Shown here piece by piece: positions 1 through 8,439 of a DNA stretch of 31,762 bases. The translations under genes were made by a program, and so were the position numbers. Numbering within the stretch: the stretch's first letter is position 1; the number at the start of each line of letters is the position of its first letter. Below the pieces are notes generated by a model. That model worked only from the letters and a program-made list of their open reading frames with translations. It was not told the DNA's origin and searched no databases. This stretch comes from Candidatus Micrarchaeota archaeon (GTDB lineage Archaea > B1Sed10-29). The stretch is from NCBI GenBank assembly GCA_964579265.1, contig CAZOFO010000009.1, forward strand, positions 1-31,762, read 5' to 3'.

Positions 1-283
1 CCAACTTCCATTGCCCGTAGGGATTATCGGCTTGGTGAGCCTTTACCTCACCAACAACCTAATCCCCCGCAGGCCCATCCTAAGGCGCCGGAGCATTTCG
101 GGTAAAGCACGTTGCAGTAGCTTTACCTTATGAAGTATTATCCTCAGTTTTCCAAGGTTATCCTTCTCCTTAGGGTAGGTTACCCACGTGTTACTGAGCG
201 GTCCGCCGAGAGCAAAAGCTCTCTGACTTGCATGACTTAGTCGGACTTCAATAGCAGTACCCTCCAGTGGGATCAACTGGTAT
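1..283 (-). rRNA. rrs: 16S rRNA, 5' portion (continues beyond the window start)
   Basis: The minus strand reads ATACCAGTTGATCCCACTGGAGGGTACTGCTATTG...CATGCAAGTC...GCTCAGTAACACGTGG...GGAAAACTGAGGATAATAC...GATTAGGTTGTTGGTGAGGTAAAGGCTCACCAAGCC, matching conserved archaeal SSU landmarks. The 5' end is approximate. Confidence 0.97.
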
Positions 284-347
284 TGGATTTCGGTCACAAT
301 TAGAGAGTTCACTGGCAGGGTATTTCCCTATCTGTAGATCTCTATCG

Positions 348-379
348 GGTTTGAGGCCCTGGGAAGGCTTTTTCAAACC
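348..379 (-). other. Hairpin in the pre-16S leader (5' external transcribed spacer)
   Basis: GGTTTGA...TCAAACC 7-bp inverted repeat with an inner GCC/GGC pairing. A second small AGGG/CCCT hairpin lies at about 317-329. Confidence 0.55.
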
Positions 380-606
380 GTCATTGGAGTGATTGAAACG
401 AATGTGAATTTTATATGAAGCAAGATGAAGAGCTTCTCATGATTACTGCTTTGTTTTTCTCTTTGGTCTATGGCTTTTTTAGGTAGCTTCCTTTTAATGT
501 CTTTCGTTTATTTATTGTTTTTTATTTTTTAGACAGGTGTTTTTTTCACCTTTAGTTTACCTTGCCTTTAATGTTCACGGTGTACTACTAATTCTTCATT
601 TTGAGG

Positions 607-621
607 TTTATAAAGTTTTTT
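607..621 (-). promoter_or_regulatory. Probable rRNA promoter (purine-rich BRE plus TATA box)
   Basis: The minus strand reads AAAAAAC-TTTATAAA about 325 nt upstream of the mature 16S 5' end. The same TTTATAAA box precedes the histone gene. Confidence 0.55.
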
Positions 622-690
622 GTTTGATACTCTTTCCTTAATTTTTATTCAAGGTCTCTCACCTTTCTCTGATTTATTTTTCCCTTTATT

Positions 691-727
691 TGAAAGTTAT
701 TAAAAATACTTGTGTTGGTTTCAACAC
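691..727 (+). promoter_or_regulatory. Putative promoter (GAAAG-TTATTAAA) followed by the palindrome GTGTTG-N4-CAACAC
   Basis: TATA-like box at 697-704 and a perfect 6+6 inverted repeat at 712-727, where archaeal repressor operators usually sit. Confidence 0.4.
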
Positions 728-861
728 TCGAAACTCTTTCACCTGTTATGGATCAATACCCTGAACGGCGAAAGTGTTAAAAAGGCTTCTTGTTTTTTCA
801 TTAGTGTAAGTAGAAAAAACAGGGAACTTGGTCCCTATTGTTAGAATAGGAGGTGAATGGA

Positions 862-1014
862 TTGAAGATATCAGTAGGAGATTTCGTGGAAAGGAAAAGC
901 GCAAGAGACGCTGGTAACCTAGTAGAAGGTTCCAGAACAAAAATATCCCTAAGGACAAGCAAATCAATGAGAAAAGCCGCTAAAAACGCAGCTGAGAAAC
1001 AAGAAGAAGATTGA
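862..1014 (+). CDS. Small hypothetical protein, 50 aa (not in the ORF track)
   Basis: SD GGAGGTGA (849-856), a 5-nt spacer, then TTG. Translation: MKISVGDFVERKSARDAGNLVEGSRTKISLRTSKSMRKAAKNAAEKQEED, with A-rich codons typical of this genome. Confidence 0.7.
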   Translation: MKISVGDFVERKSARDAGNLVEGSRTKISLRTSKSMRKAAKNAAEKQEED

Positions 1015-1016
1015 AA

Positions 1017-1038
1017 AAGGTATTTCAAGAAATACCTT
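1017..1038. repeat. Perfect 10-bp inverted repeat AAGGTATTTC-AA-GAAATACCTT
   Basis: Seen directly, 2 nt after the stop of the 50-aa ORF. It could be an RNA hairpin or an operator. Confidence 0.7.
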
Positions 1039-1182
1039 AAAATTACCTAGAAGTGCTTGGATCAATGATAGAAGCATATTAAAGAAGTAAGTAGTTTAAA
1101 AAAGCACTTTAGACTTGATGAAGGGATATTAAAGTAACGAAGCACTTTTCTAGGAGTAAATAAAAAGGAGGTGCTATGTAAA

Positions 1183-1476
1183 ATGAATAAAGTTGGGAAG
1201 ATAATGCTTTCCCTCGGAGTAGTCTTTTTACTCTTCGGAGCAGGAATAGGACAAGCCACGTTTAGTGACTTAAGAGTTGAGAACAATGAAAATGAAGGGA
1301 ACAACGATGAAGAAAGCACTTTAATCGAGGATATAAACAATTTACTGAGCGGAACAAGTCCTGCTTTCCTGATAATACTAGGAGTATTGCTGATAATTGG
1401 AGCGGGATTAGCCAAGATAATCGGATACATACTAATAGTGTATTCGATAATAAGACTGATATTCCAGCTCTTATGA
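1183..1476 (+). CDS. Small membrane protein, hypothetical
   Basis: SD GGAGGTG at 1167-1173 favours ATG 1183. N-terminal hydrophobic segment, Asn/Glu-rich linker, C-terminal hydrophobic helices. Confidence 0.75.
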   Translation: MNKVGKIMLSLGVVFLLFGAGIGQATFSDLRVENNENEGNNDEESTLIEDINNLLSGTSPAFLIILGVLLIIGAGLAKIIGYILIVYSIIRLIFQLL

Positions 1477-1504
1477 TAACGCTAAATATATAGGAGGTGT
1501 TAAC

Positions 1505-1750
1505 TTGAAGAAAGCTAATAAAACAAAAGCACTGTTCGATAATGAAAGAAACTTTATCCTGTACGTTCTACTGGGTTTCTTATTTGTCTTCGCAGGATTT
1601 AATCTTCCAACGGAAACTGCTTGGACTTTCCCAGCTATCTTGAGCATAGTTGCAGGAGTAGCAGTAGCGGGTTCAGGAGTTTTCAAGTACCTTGAAAGAA
1701 GAGAAATGCTCCTATCATCGAATATTGAGATAGATGAAGAACACTGGTAA
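1505..1750 (+). CDS. Small two-TM membrane protein, hypothetical
   Basis: SD GGAGGTG upstream of a TTG start; two hydrophobic stretches. Confidence 0.7.
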   Translation: MKKANKTKALFDNERNFILYVLLGFLFVFAGFNLPTETAWTFPAILSIVAGVAVAGSGVFKYLERREMLLSSNIEIDEEHW

Positions 1751-1799
1751 ATGGATTAACTAAACCCGGAATAGATTATTTAAAATCTTTCTTTCTTTT

Positions 1800-2171
1800 T
1801 TATTCTTCTTCAGTAACTAGAACCGCGTTTACCGTTCCATCTTGACCTGGTCTGCTGGTTACTTTTGCTTCTCCTTCAGATGTTTCTATTATCGCTCCTT
1901 TTGTTATGATGTTTTCTCTTGGGTAGTTCCTGTTCGCCGAGTTCTCTTTAACGTTCTCTACTTCTACTACAGAATATTCATCTTTCTCTGGATCGAGTAG
2001 ATTAACTTTTTCCGCTGTTTTCACTCTTGTTTTCACGTTTCCTCCTTTCCTACCATCATTGACTACTTTATCTTCTTCTCCTACTTTTGTCTTGGTTGGC
2101 TGTGATCCGAGTTCATGTTTTTTCTTTTTTCTTTTTCTCAGCGATTCCTTTGATCCGTGTGCTATACTCAT
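1800..2171 (-). CDS. rps8e: 30S ribosomal protein S8e (eS8)
   Basis: [44 protein letters not shown] signature. Confidence 0.96.
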   Translation of the reverse strand: MSIAHGSKESLRKRKKKKHELGSQPTKTKVGEEDKVVNDGRKGGNVKTRVKTAEKVNLLDPEKDEYSVVEVENVKENSANRNYPRENIITKGAIIETSEGEAKVTSRPGQDGTVNAVLVTEEE

Positions 2172-2342
2172 ATAAATTCACCTTTGTAGATTCTATTGCC
2201 TTTATTCAAATTGCATATCTATTATTTTCTTCGCGCCTTAAAAACACTTCATCTTTAATTGGTAAAAAAGAAGTAATGGAGAATTCTTCTCCAAACATTT
2301 ATTTATCAATGAACCAATTACATTAACATCAACTTGATACAG

Positions 2343-2798
2343 ATGGAGGAAAAAGAGATGGATATAGATCCGGATAAAGATGTTCTTATCAAACCTGTGA
2401 AATTCGAAGAAGAGATCGATGAAGATAGAATAGTGAACTTCCTGGAAGAGACGGAAAAAACACAGGTAGTGGACAGAGAAATAATCACTTCGGAAAAGAA
2501 TATTGTCCACGCTATCAAAGAAACTGAAAGAGCCTACGAACAGGGAAATGAAATAAGCCATGTGAAAAGCATAGGCTTATTGCTTCGGTTAACAGGCACC
2601 AGGCAGATAAAGGACGCGATAGAAAAAGCAAAAGTCAAAGGAAGAAGAGCTGTATTCATATGCTTTGACAAAGATCCTGGAGAAACATGGAAAAAATTCA
2701 AAAAAGAATTCGACTTCAAAGAGGAAGATTTACCACAGGCAAGCAAAGAAAAGATAAAGAAAGAAATGGAGAAAGCATCGACATTCTGGATGGATTAA
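2343..2798 (+). CDS. cgi121: KEOPS complex subunit Cgi121
   Basis: HAIKETERAYEQGNEIS...LLLRLTGTRQIKDAIEK motif typical of Cgi121. Confidence 0.85.
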   Translation: MEEKEMDIDPDKDVLIKPVKFEEEIDEDRIVNFLEETEKTQVVDREIITSEKNIVHAIKETERAYEQGNEISHVKSIGLLLRLTGTRQIKDAIEKAKVKGRRAVFICFDKDPGETWKKFKKEFDFKEEDLPQASKEKIKKEMEKASTFWMD

Positions 2799-2818
2799 AA
2801 AATAAAAAGTGTTCAAAG

Positions 2819-3523
2819 ATGGTTAAATTCTACAAAAAAGGAGAAATAGCCTCCAAGTACGATGAAAAACGATTCAAAGGACAAGGAGGAGAAATAATAA
2901 AATATAAAGAGAACGAGATAGTCTTAGGGATGCTTGGAGACCTAAAAGGGAAAAAGATACTTGATCTTGGAGCGGGAACCTGCCGATACTCGATCGAATT
3001 CGCGGATAAAGGAGCAGAAGTAACAGCTTTAGATATATCACAAGAAATGCTTGATGAAGGAAAGAGAAAAGCTGAAGAAAGAGGCGTGGCGGACAAAATA
3101 GACTTTGTTAAAGGCAATGCTAAAGAAACAGATTTCGAGGACGAATCCTTCGACATAGTAACCGCACTAAGAGTATTCCACCTTATAGACGATTCAAAAG
3201 CTCTTTTCAATGAAATGAAAAGATTAACCAAAGATAAAGTTCTATTCGACTTCTTCAACCTATGGAGCCTTAGGATATTCTACAATAGATTCATGCCGAT
3301 GAACAGCAAGCTTAGAAGAAAAAGAAAAATGAAAAACCTGCTGGTCAGAAACGGTTTTTACAACATAGAGATAGAAAGAGACTTCTTCATACCTTATGGA
3401 CTGTACAGAAAAAGCCCATCACCCCTACCAAGATTCTACCAAAGACTCGATTATCTATCCAAAAAATTATTGCCTTCCAGAAGAGCATCTTCAGTAATAT
3501 ACCTTACAGGGAGAAAATCCTGA
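2819..3523 (+). CDS. Class I SAM-dependent methyltransferase
   Basis: ILDLGAGTCRY (motif I), VTALDISQEML, FEDESFDIV. Start moved to ATG 2819 to avoid overlap with cgi121. Confidence 0.9.
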   Translation: MVKFYKKGEIASKYDEKRFKGQGGEIIKYKENEIVLGMLGDLKGKKILDLGAGTCRYSIEFADKGAEVTALDISQEMLDEGKRKAEERGVADKIDFVKGNAKETDFEDESFDIVTALRVFHLIDDSKALFNEMKRLTKDKVLFDFFNLWSLRIFYNRFMPMNSKLRRKRKMKNLLVRNGFYNIEIERDFFIPYGLYRKSPSPLPRFYQRLDYLSKKLLPSRRASSVIYLTGRKS

Positions 3524-3562
3524 AATAAATAAAAAGAACTTGAAAAATAAAACAAGGATAAA

Positions 3563-4117
3563 ATGGGATTCAAAAACATCAGAGAAAACACATTAAAACC
3601 ATTCGTGGTAAAAACCAACCCGAATAGAATCACAGCTATATCACTAGTTACCGGTATAACAGCGGGATTTTTCTTTGCATACAACTACTTTTTATCCGCA
3701 ATCATTCTCCTAATACTAAGCGGACTCATGGATCTACTAGACGGAGAGATAGCAAAAAAACTAGGAAAAGAAACCAAAAGAGGAGATATAGCGGACCACG
3801 TAGCAGATAGAATAGTTGATATGTCTATATTTATTGGACTAGCCTTTTCAAGCGCAGTTAGAACCGAAATAGGTCTTATAACAGCTATAGCTGTCCTAAT
3901 GATATCTTATCTAGGTACCCAGTCACAGGCGGTTCTAGGAGAAAGACTCTACAAAGGAGTACTTGGAAGATTCCCAAGAACTGTAGCCGTACTCGTACTA
4001 ACAGCCCTCTCAATATTCAACTACAGATTCATCTACTACGGAATGAACTTCATACTGGGACTCGCAGTACTAACAATACTAGAAAGACTCTGGGAAATAC
4101 ATAAAAAAATTCAATAG
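3563..4117 (+). CDS. CDP-alcohol phosphatidyltransferase family protein
   Basis: NPNRIT and DLLDGEIAK...GDIADHVADRIVD, the DxxDGxxAR...GxxxDxxxD family motif; multiple TM helices. Confidence 0.93.
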   Translation: MGFKNIRENTLKPFVVKTNPNRITAISLVTGITAGFFFAYNYFLSAIILLILSGLMDLLDGEIAKKLGKETKRGDIADHVADRIVDMSIFIGLAFSSAVRTEIGLITAIAVLMISYLGTQSQAVLGERLYKGVLGRFPRTVAVLVLTALSIFNYRFIYYGMNFILGLAVLTILERLWEIHKKIQ

Positions 4118-4128
4118 ATAAAAACTGA

Positions 4129-4401
4129 TTATCCTCCTAATATCTCTTCAGGGTTACCCGTAAGGCAACTTTTTAATACATTCTCTTCTATAGGTTCGCC
4201 TTCAAAATCAGTACAGGCCTCGTGACATCTCCCACCATCTGCTCCTTCCTCAACTCGCCTTGCTGCCTCGTAACATTCTCCAAGACCTCTCTCAGGAACT
4301 GCAGTATCATTTCCTTCGAACAAAGTGAAATAAATAGTTATAGAAATCACTAATATCAGTATAAGAGTAAATCCAGTTAAAACTTTTTTATAAGTCCTCA
4401 T
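4129..4401 (-). CDS. Small membrane-anchored protein with four Cys, hypothetical
   Basis: GGGAGTGG SD-like sequence upstream of ATG 4401. MRTYKK followed by a hydrophobic helix and an acidic domain with 4 Cys. Confidence 0.7.
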   Translation of the reverse strand: MRTYKKVLTGFTLILILVISITIYFTLFEGNDTAVPERGLGECYEAARRVEEGADGGRCHEACTDFEGEPIEENVLKSCLTGNPEEILGG

Positions 4402-4520
4402 ATTTCCACTCCCTAAATAGTAAACGATTATATCTTTTATAAATGTTTCTATCACTGGAACCAAAAACAGAAAAAGAATAAATAAAGGAATACTGATAAA
4501 AAGATAAGGAGAAAGATAAG

Positions 4521-5039
4521 ATGGATATAGACTTCAAAGAAGCTTTAGAAAAAGCGAAAGAAAATAAGGATATAGAGAGATCAAGAGAAGAAGGCTACTT
4601 CCTAAATTCAGGAACCGTTATATTCAAACCTGAACCACAGGGTTTCGACAGATGGATAATAACATTCTACAGCACCAAAGAGGAAGAAGTTGTCCAAGCA
4701 ATAGTGAAAAAAGACGGTGAAGTAGAATTCAAAGAATCAGAAAAAGCAATAGATCCCACTACTGAAGAATTAGATCTAGATAAAGTAGAAATTACTGCAG
4801 AAGAAGCAATTGAAAAAGCTAAAAAAGAAAGAAAGGAAGAACAAGGGGAAGAAGGAAGAATAAAACAAATTATATTAAGCATAAAAAAAGAGGAAGGAGA
4901 AGAAACCTGGGAAACAAATCTAATCACTTCATCTTTCTCCTTATTCCAAGCTAAGATAAATGCGGAAACTGGAGAAATAACTCATGCGAGCGAAGAAAGT
5001 CTAATAAAGGGAGAAGGAGATCTTCCTTTCCCTCAATAA
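4521..5039 (+). CDS. PepSY-like domain protein
   Basis: ITAEEAIEKAK...W...AKINAETGEI pattern of PepSY domains; the N-terminal half (IDFKEALEKAK...W...KDGEV) resembles a second degenerate copy. Confidence 0.65.
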   Translation: MDIDFKEALEKAKENKDIERSREEGYFLNSGTVIFKPEPQGFDRWIITFYSTKEEEVVQAIVKKDGEVEFKESEKAIDPTTEELDLDKVEITAEEAIEKAKKERKEEQGEEGRIKQIILSIKKEEGEETWETNLITSSFSLFQAKINAETGEITHASEESLIKGEGDLPFPQ

Positions 5040-5066
5040 ACTAATTAAAAAATCTTAAAGGGTTTT

Positions 5067-5474
5067 TTAGAGCTCTATGTCTCTTCCAGATGTTTTCGGT
5101 TCTTCGAATTTTCTATCCAGGTCTCTCTGTATTGATCTGCAGTCGCTGATTATTGTTTCCATGTGTTGGGCTACTCTATCTTTTTCGTTTTCTATTTCTT
5201 TTCCTTGTTTGTATGGTTTTATTGCTTCTCTAAACATGTGGTAGTCTATTGTAGCGTATGGATAGTCGTCCAGTCTTTCCGTCACATCCCTTAATACTTC
5301 TCCCAGGAATTCGTTCATCGCTATCTTTACTTCTTTCTTGATCATCTTGTCTTCCGAGAGATTGTCCTTCATTAGTCTTACCACTGTGGCGTTGGGCAGT
5401 GGAAGTTCAGCTGTTTCGGTTTCCTTTAGATTTTCTTTTTTCTCTTCAATTTCTTCAGGGTCTGTATCCGTCAT
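5067..5474 (-). CDS. Histone-fold protein with a long C-terminal helix (coiled-coil-type histone variant; NF-YB/HMf-like fold)
   Basis: LPLPNATVVRLMK (helix 1), IKKEVKIAMNEFLGEV (helix 2), ATIDYHMFREAI (helix 3), then an amphipathic helix of about 35 aa. SD GGTGA lies 5 nt before ATG 5474. Confidence 0.8.
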   Translation of the reverse strand: MTDTDPEEIEEKKENLKETETAELPLPNATVVRLMKDNLSEDKMIKKEVKIAMNEFLGEVLRDVTERLDDYPYATIDYHMFREAIKPYKQGKEIENEKDRVAQHMETIISDCRSIQRDLDRKFEEPKTSGRDIEL

Positions 5475-5610
5475 GATTTTCACCGTTTGTAAGAAGGAAC
5501 TCCTTTAATAAAAAACCTATCTAACTAAATCTAGAAAAAAGTTATTGGAATTGAGGTTCTCGATATTTTTTCAAAGTGAATCTATTTTCTATTTCCAGTG
5601 AATTTCCCGT

Positions 5611-6375
5611 TCAGTTGAACTCGGTTAGTCCCTTTTGTTTTTTCTTCAGTCCTTTTATGGAGGCCGTGTTGAAGTCTTCTATCTCGAAGTCAAGCTCACT
5701 GTATTCCATTCCTTCTTTCTCTAGGTGTTTTTTTGCTTTTTTGGATATTCCTGGAGCGCAAAGTATTCCTCTGGTCTCTTTATCTTTATTTTTCTCCACT
5801 TGTTCTTTGTATCTTTTTAGTTGAGTTACTGCTTTGAGTCCTGCTTTCTTTCTCTTCACTTCTATAACCACGTACCTATTTTCTTCGTCCTTTGCGAATA
5901 TATCGACATCTCCCTGTGGTAGTGGTGACTCTTTGTTACATGACTTCATACCCTTCTCTATCACTGATAAGTCCTCCATCAGCATGTCTGCTAACTGTCT
6001 TTCGGTCCCGTGAACATCTATTTCTTCATCGTCCTTTAGCTTCAGGTTCCTCACCCAGTGTACTTCAGGCATGTTAACTTCGATGACTTCTTCGGGTTCT
6101 CTTCTACGTGCTTTGAGAATCAGTGAACTGTCTTCTTCGGTTTCCTCTACTTTTACTGATACTCTGGTCCCGGGTGGCTGGTAGTTCACGGGTTTGAAAC
6201 CGGTGTTTTGATGTACTAGGAAAGTTCCATCTCTTTTTATCAGTATCAGTCTTTCTCCTTCTGCTAGCTGTGATCCTGCTCTTCCTTTGTACTTTATTGC
6301 GCACGGTCCTGCGATTAACACCAGGTTTTTTCTTAGTCCTTCCTGTATCTCTATCTGTGCTTCTTTCAGATCCAT
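5611..6375 (-). CDS. nucS: Mismatch-specific endonuclease NucS/EndoMS
   Basis: YKGRAGSQL, LIKRDGTFLVH, PVNYQPPG, GDVDIFAKD, VIEVKR, AVTQLKRY, and a C-terminal PIP-box-like QKGLTEF. Confidence 0.96.
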   Translation of the reverse strand: MDLKEAQIEIQEGLRKNLVLIAGPCAIKYKGRAGSQLAEGERLILIKRDGTFLVHQNTGFKPVNYQPPGTRVSVKVEETEEDSSLILKARRREPEEVIEVNMPEVHWVRNLKLKDDEEIDVHGTERQLADMLMEDLSVIEKGMKSCNKESPLPQGDVDIFAKDEENRYVVIEVKRKKAGLKAVTQLKRYKEQVEKNKDKETRGILCAPGISKKAKKHLEKEGMEYSELDFEIEDFNTASIKGLKKKQKGLTEFN

Positions 6376-6395
6376 TTTTATACCTTAAGGTTTAT

Positions 6396-6920
6396 TTAAT
6401 AGATGTAGCTCAAGTCTTCGCTTTCTTGTTTGTAGAACTTGTCAGCTTGTTCCGTTGAGATAAGTATTCCTATCACTAGTCCTGCTTCGAAGGCCATCTT
6501 ACCTAGTTCAAGAGCAGTGAACAGATCTTTCGCCACTTCCTGGTATTCGTCCGGCAGGTTGTCTATGACATCTCCTTCGTACTCCATTTGTTCTCCTATT
6601 TCTTCTTTCACTATTCCTACTTCGTAGGGCTGTATTGCTTTATCTCCTATCTTGAATCCTTTTTTCATGTGTATTCCTACGAATCTTCTTACATCTTCCT
6701 CTATATTTTCGTGGTAGTTTCCGTCTTTTTTTAGTTCTTCTATAAGGGCATTTGTCTGTGATAAGAGCTGGTTGAACACCTGCATTACTTTTTCCTGGTT
6801 TCCAGGTTCCACGCATTGTTTCAGGGTCTTTTCAATTACTTCTTTGGTTCTTTCATCTATTAATTCCGGTAGTTCTACTACGAACTCGGTGTCTTTCCCT
6901 TCTATTTTATATTCTGGCAT
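6396..6920 (-). CDS. Hypothetical protein
   Basis: 174-aa ORF tightly packed between the HD hydrolase and nucS with normal codon usage; no family recognised. Confidence 0.8.
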   Translation of the reverse strand: MPEYKIEGKDTEFVVELPELIDERTKEVIEKTLKQCVEPGNQEKVMQVFNQLLSQTNALIEELKKDGNYHENIEEDVRRFVGIHMKKGFKIGDKAIQPYEVGIVKEEIGEQMEYEGDVIDNLPDEYQEVAKDLFTALELGKMAFEAGLVIGILISTEQADKFYKQESEDLSYIY

Positions 6921-6943
6921 TTATATCACATTTTGATTTATTT

Positions 6944-7507
6944 TTAAAGTCCTAGTTCTTGATCTATTTCTTTTAATGATTTGAGTGAAAGTTCTATAAA
7001 TTCTTCCTTCTCCAGACCTATCTCTTCGCAGCGCATTATTCTTTCTCTGTCTATGTTCTTTGCGAATGATGAGTCATCGAATTTTTTCAGGACTGATTCC
7101 TTTCTAGCTTCCTCTATCTTTTTGTTCGGCATTACTAGTGCTGTTGCTATTATGAGTCCTGATACTGCATCCGAAGCTATTAGAGCTTTATCAATTTTTG
7201 ATTCTGGGTCTATATCTGTGTGCTGGTGGTTGTGTGATTTTATTGCTTTTAGTTCGTCTTTTGGTAGTTTTTCTTCGAGCATTTCTGCTGATTTAAGCGC
7301 ATGTTTTTCTGGTTCTTTCTTTGTATGATCGTAATCGATGTCGTGTAGTAAACCTACTCTGTACCATTTCTCAGGGTCTTCATCTAGTTTCCCGGCTAGT
7401 TTTTCCATTATCTTTGCCACTGCTTTCATGTGTTTTCTGAGGTTCTCGGTCTCTACTTCTTCTTTAACCATTTCCAGGGCTTTTTCTCTGGTCGGTTTTG
7501 AATCCAT
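6944..7507 (-). CDS. HD/HDIG-domain metal-dependent phosphohydrolase
   Basis: [48 protein letters not shown] (COG2316-type). Confidence 0.9.
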   Translation of the reverse strand: MDSKPTREKALEMVKEEVETENLRKHMKAVAKIMEKLAGKLDEDPEKWYRVGLLHDIDYDHTKKEPEKHALKSAEMLEEKLPKDELKAIKSHNHQHTDIDPESKIDKALIASDAVSGLIIATALVMPNKKIEEARKESVLKKFDDSSFAKNIDRERIMRCEEIGLEKEEFIELSLKSLKEIDQELGL

Positions 7508-7620
7508 ATTTTCAATCACTCATTTTTTACTTGTTATTCCTTCATTAATCACTAACTATTTAAAACGATTTCCTTGAACCTTTAAATACTCTCAATTCCT
7601 AATCGTGGTAGGTGTTTAAA

Positions 7621-8307
7621 TTGGCTTATGATTTTGATATTGATTTGACAAAGGTATCTAGATCCTTTTTTAAGAAACTAGCTAGCTTTATGGATGAAAA
7701 AGATGTTCATAATAGGATGGGGGAAGTTGCGGAGGAAGCTTCCGAGAAATTCAAGATAGATAAGATAACAGGAGTTCCACTTTCGGATACGGCAAAAGTA
7801 GTGAATGACTTGGTAGATATCCATGTTAGAAACCTTTCTCAGAAGGATAAGTTCGAAGAAACCGAGAATAGAGCTCTTTTCTTACCTCACTGTGCCAGGA
7901 AACACATGGATGATAATTGCCAGGCTGAATTTAACTCTGAACTATCCAGTTATTCCTGTAGCGAATGTTCTCCGGATTGTCTTGTGAATAGAGTTTCACA
8001 GATAGCTGAAGAAGAAGATTACGATGTTTACATATTACCAGGAGGATCCTGTATCCCTAGAATAGTTAAGAAAAAGAATTACGATGGTATAGTTGGGGTT
8101 GCATGTCCAAACGAGATAAAGATGGGTGAAGATTATCTGGACAAATCAGGTATACCTCACCAGGCTATCCCTCTTCTTAAAAATGGCTGTTCCAATACTG
8201 AATTCAATCTAGAAACCTTTAAGGAAGTGATTGGAGCAACTGAAGCTGAAAAAGATAAAGATAATTCTGCTTATCCTTTGAAAAATCCTGAAAAGTCATT
8301 AGGATAA
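7621..8307 (+). CDS. DUF116 family protein
   Basis: LFLPHCAR, CSECSPDC, LPGGS, GIVGVAC, IPLLKNGCSNT conserved Cys pattern. TTG 7621 chosen from SD spacing. Confidence 0.85.
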   Translation: MAYDFDIDLTKVSRSFFKKLASFMDEKDVHNRMGEVAEEASEKFKIDKITGVPLSDTAKVVNDLVDIHVRNLSQKDKFEETENRALFLPHCARKHMDDNCQAEFNSELSSYSCSECSPDCLVNRVSQIAEEEDYDVYILPGGSCIPRIVKKKNYDGIVGVACPNEIKMGEDYLDKSGIPHQAIPLLKNGCSNTEFNLETFKEVIGATEAEKDKDNSAYPLKNPEKSLG

Positions 8308-8403
8308 ATTATTTGGCTTTTAAGATTGTTTCACTACTTATCAAAAATAGATATACTCTCATCTACTTTTTTTTAAAAATAAAAAAATGGAAATGGGGGG
8401 TTT

Positions 8404-8430
8404 AAACGGTTGTATCGACGCAACCGGTTT
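8404..8430 (-). terminator. Stem-loop in the histone 3' UTR followed by a pyrimidine/U-rich tract
   Basis: Minus strand CGGTTG-N8-CAACCG stem, then CCCCCCATTTCCATTTTTTTATTTTT. Confidence 0.55.
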
Positions 8431-8439
8431 TTAATAGGT

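Noticed and set aside
43..312. 89-aa ORF in the track
   Set aside because: It lies within the 16S rRNA gene, so it is a spurious translation.
738..770. Resemblance of TCACCTGTTATGGATCAATACC to the P4/P5 region of a TPP riboswitch
   Set aside because: There is no upstream CUGAGA motif or P2/P3 arm, no GCGUAGG strand, and no thiamine gene downstream.
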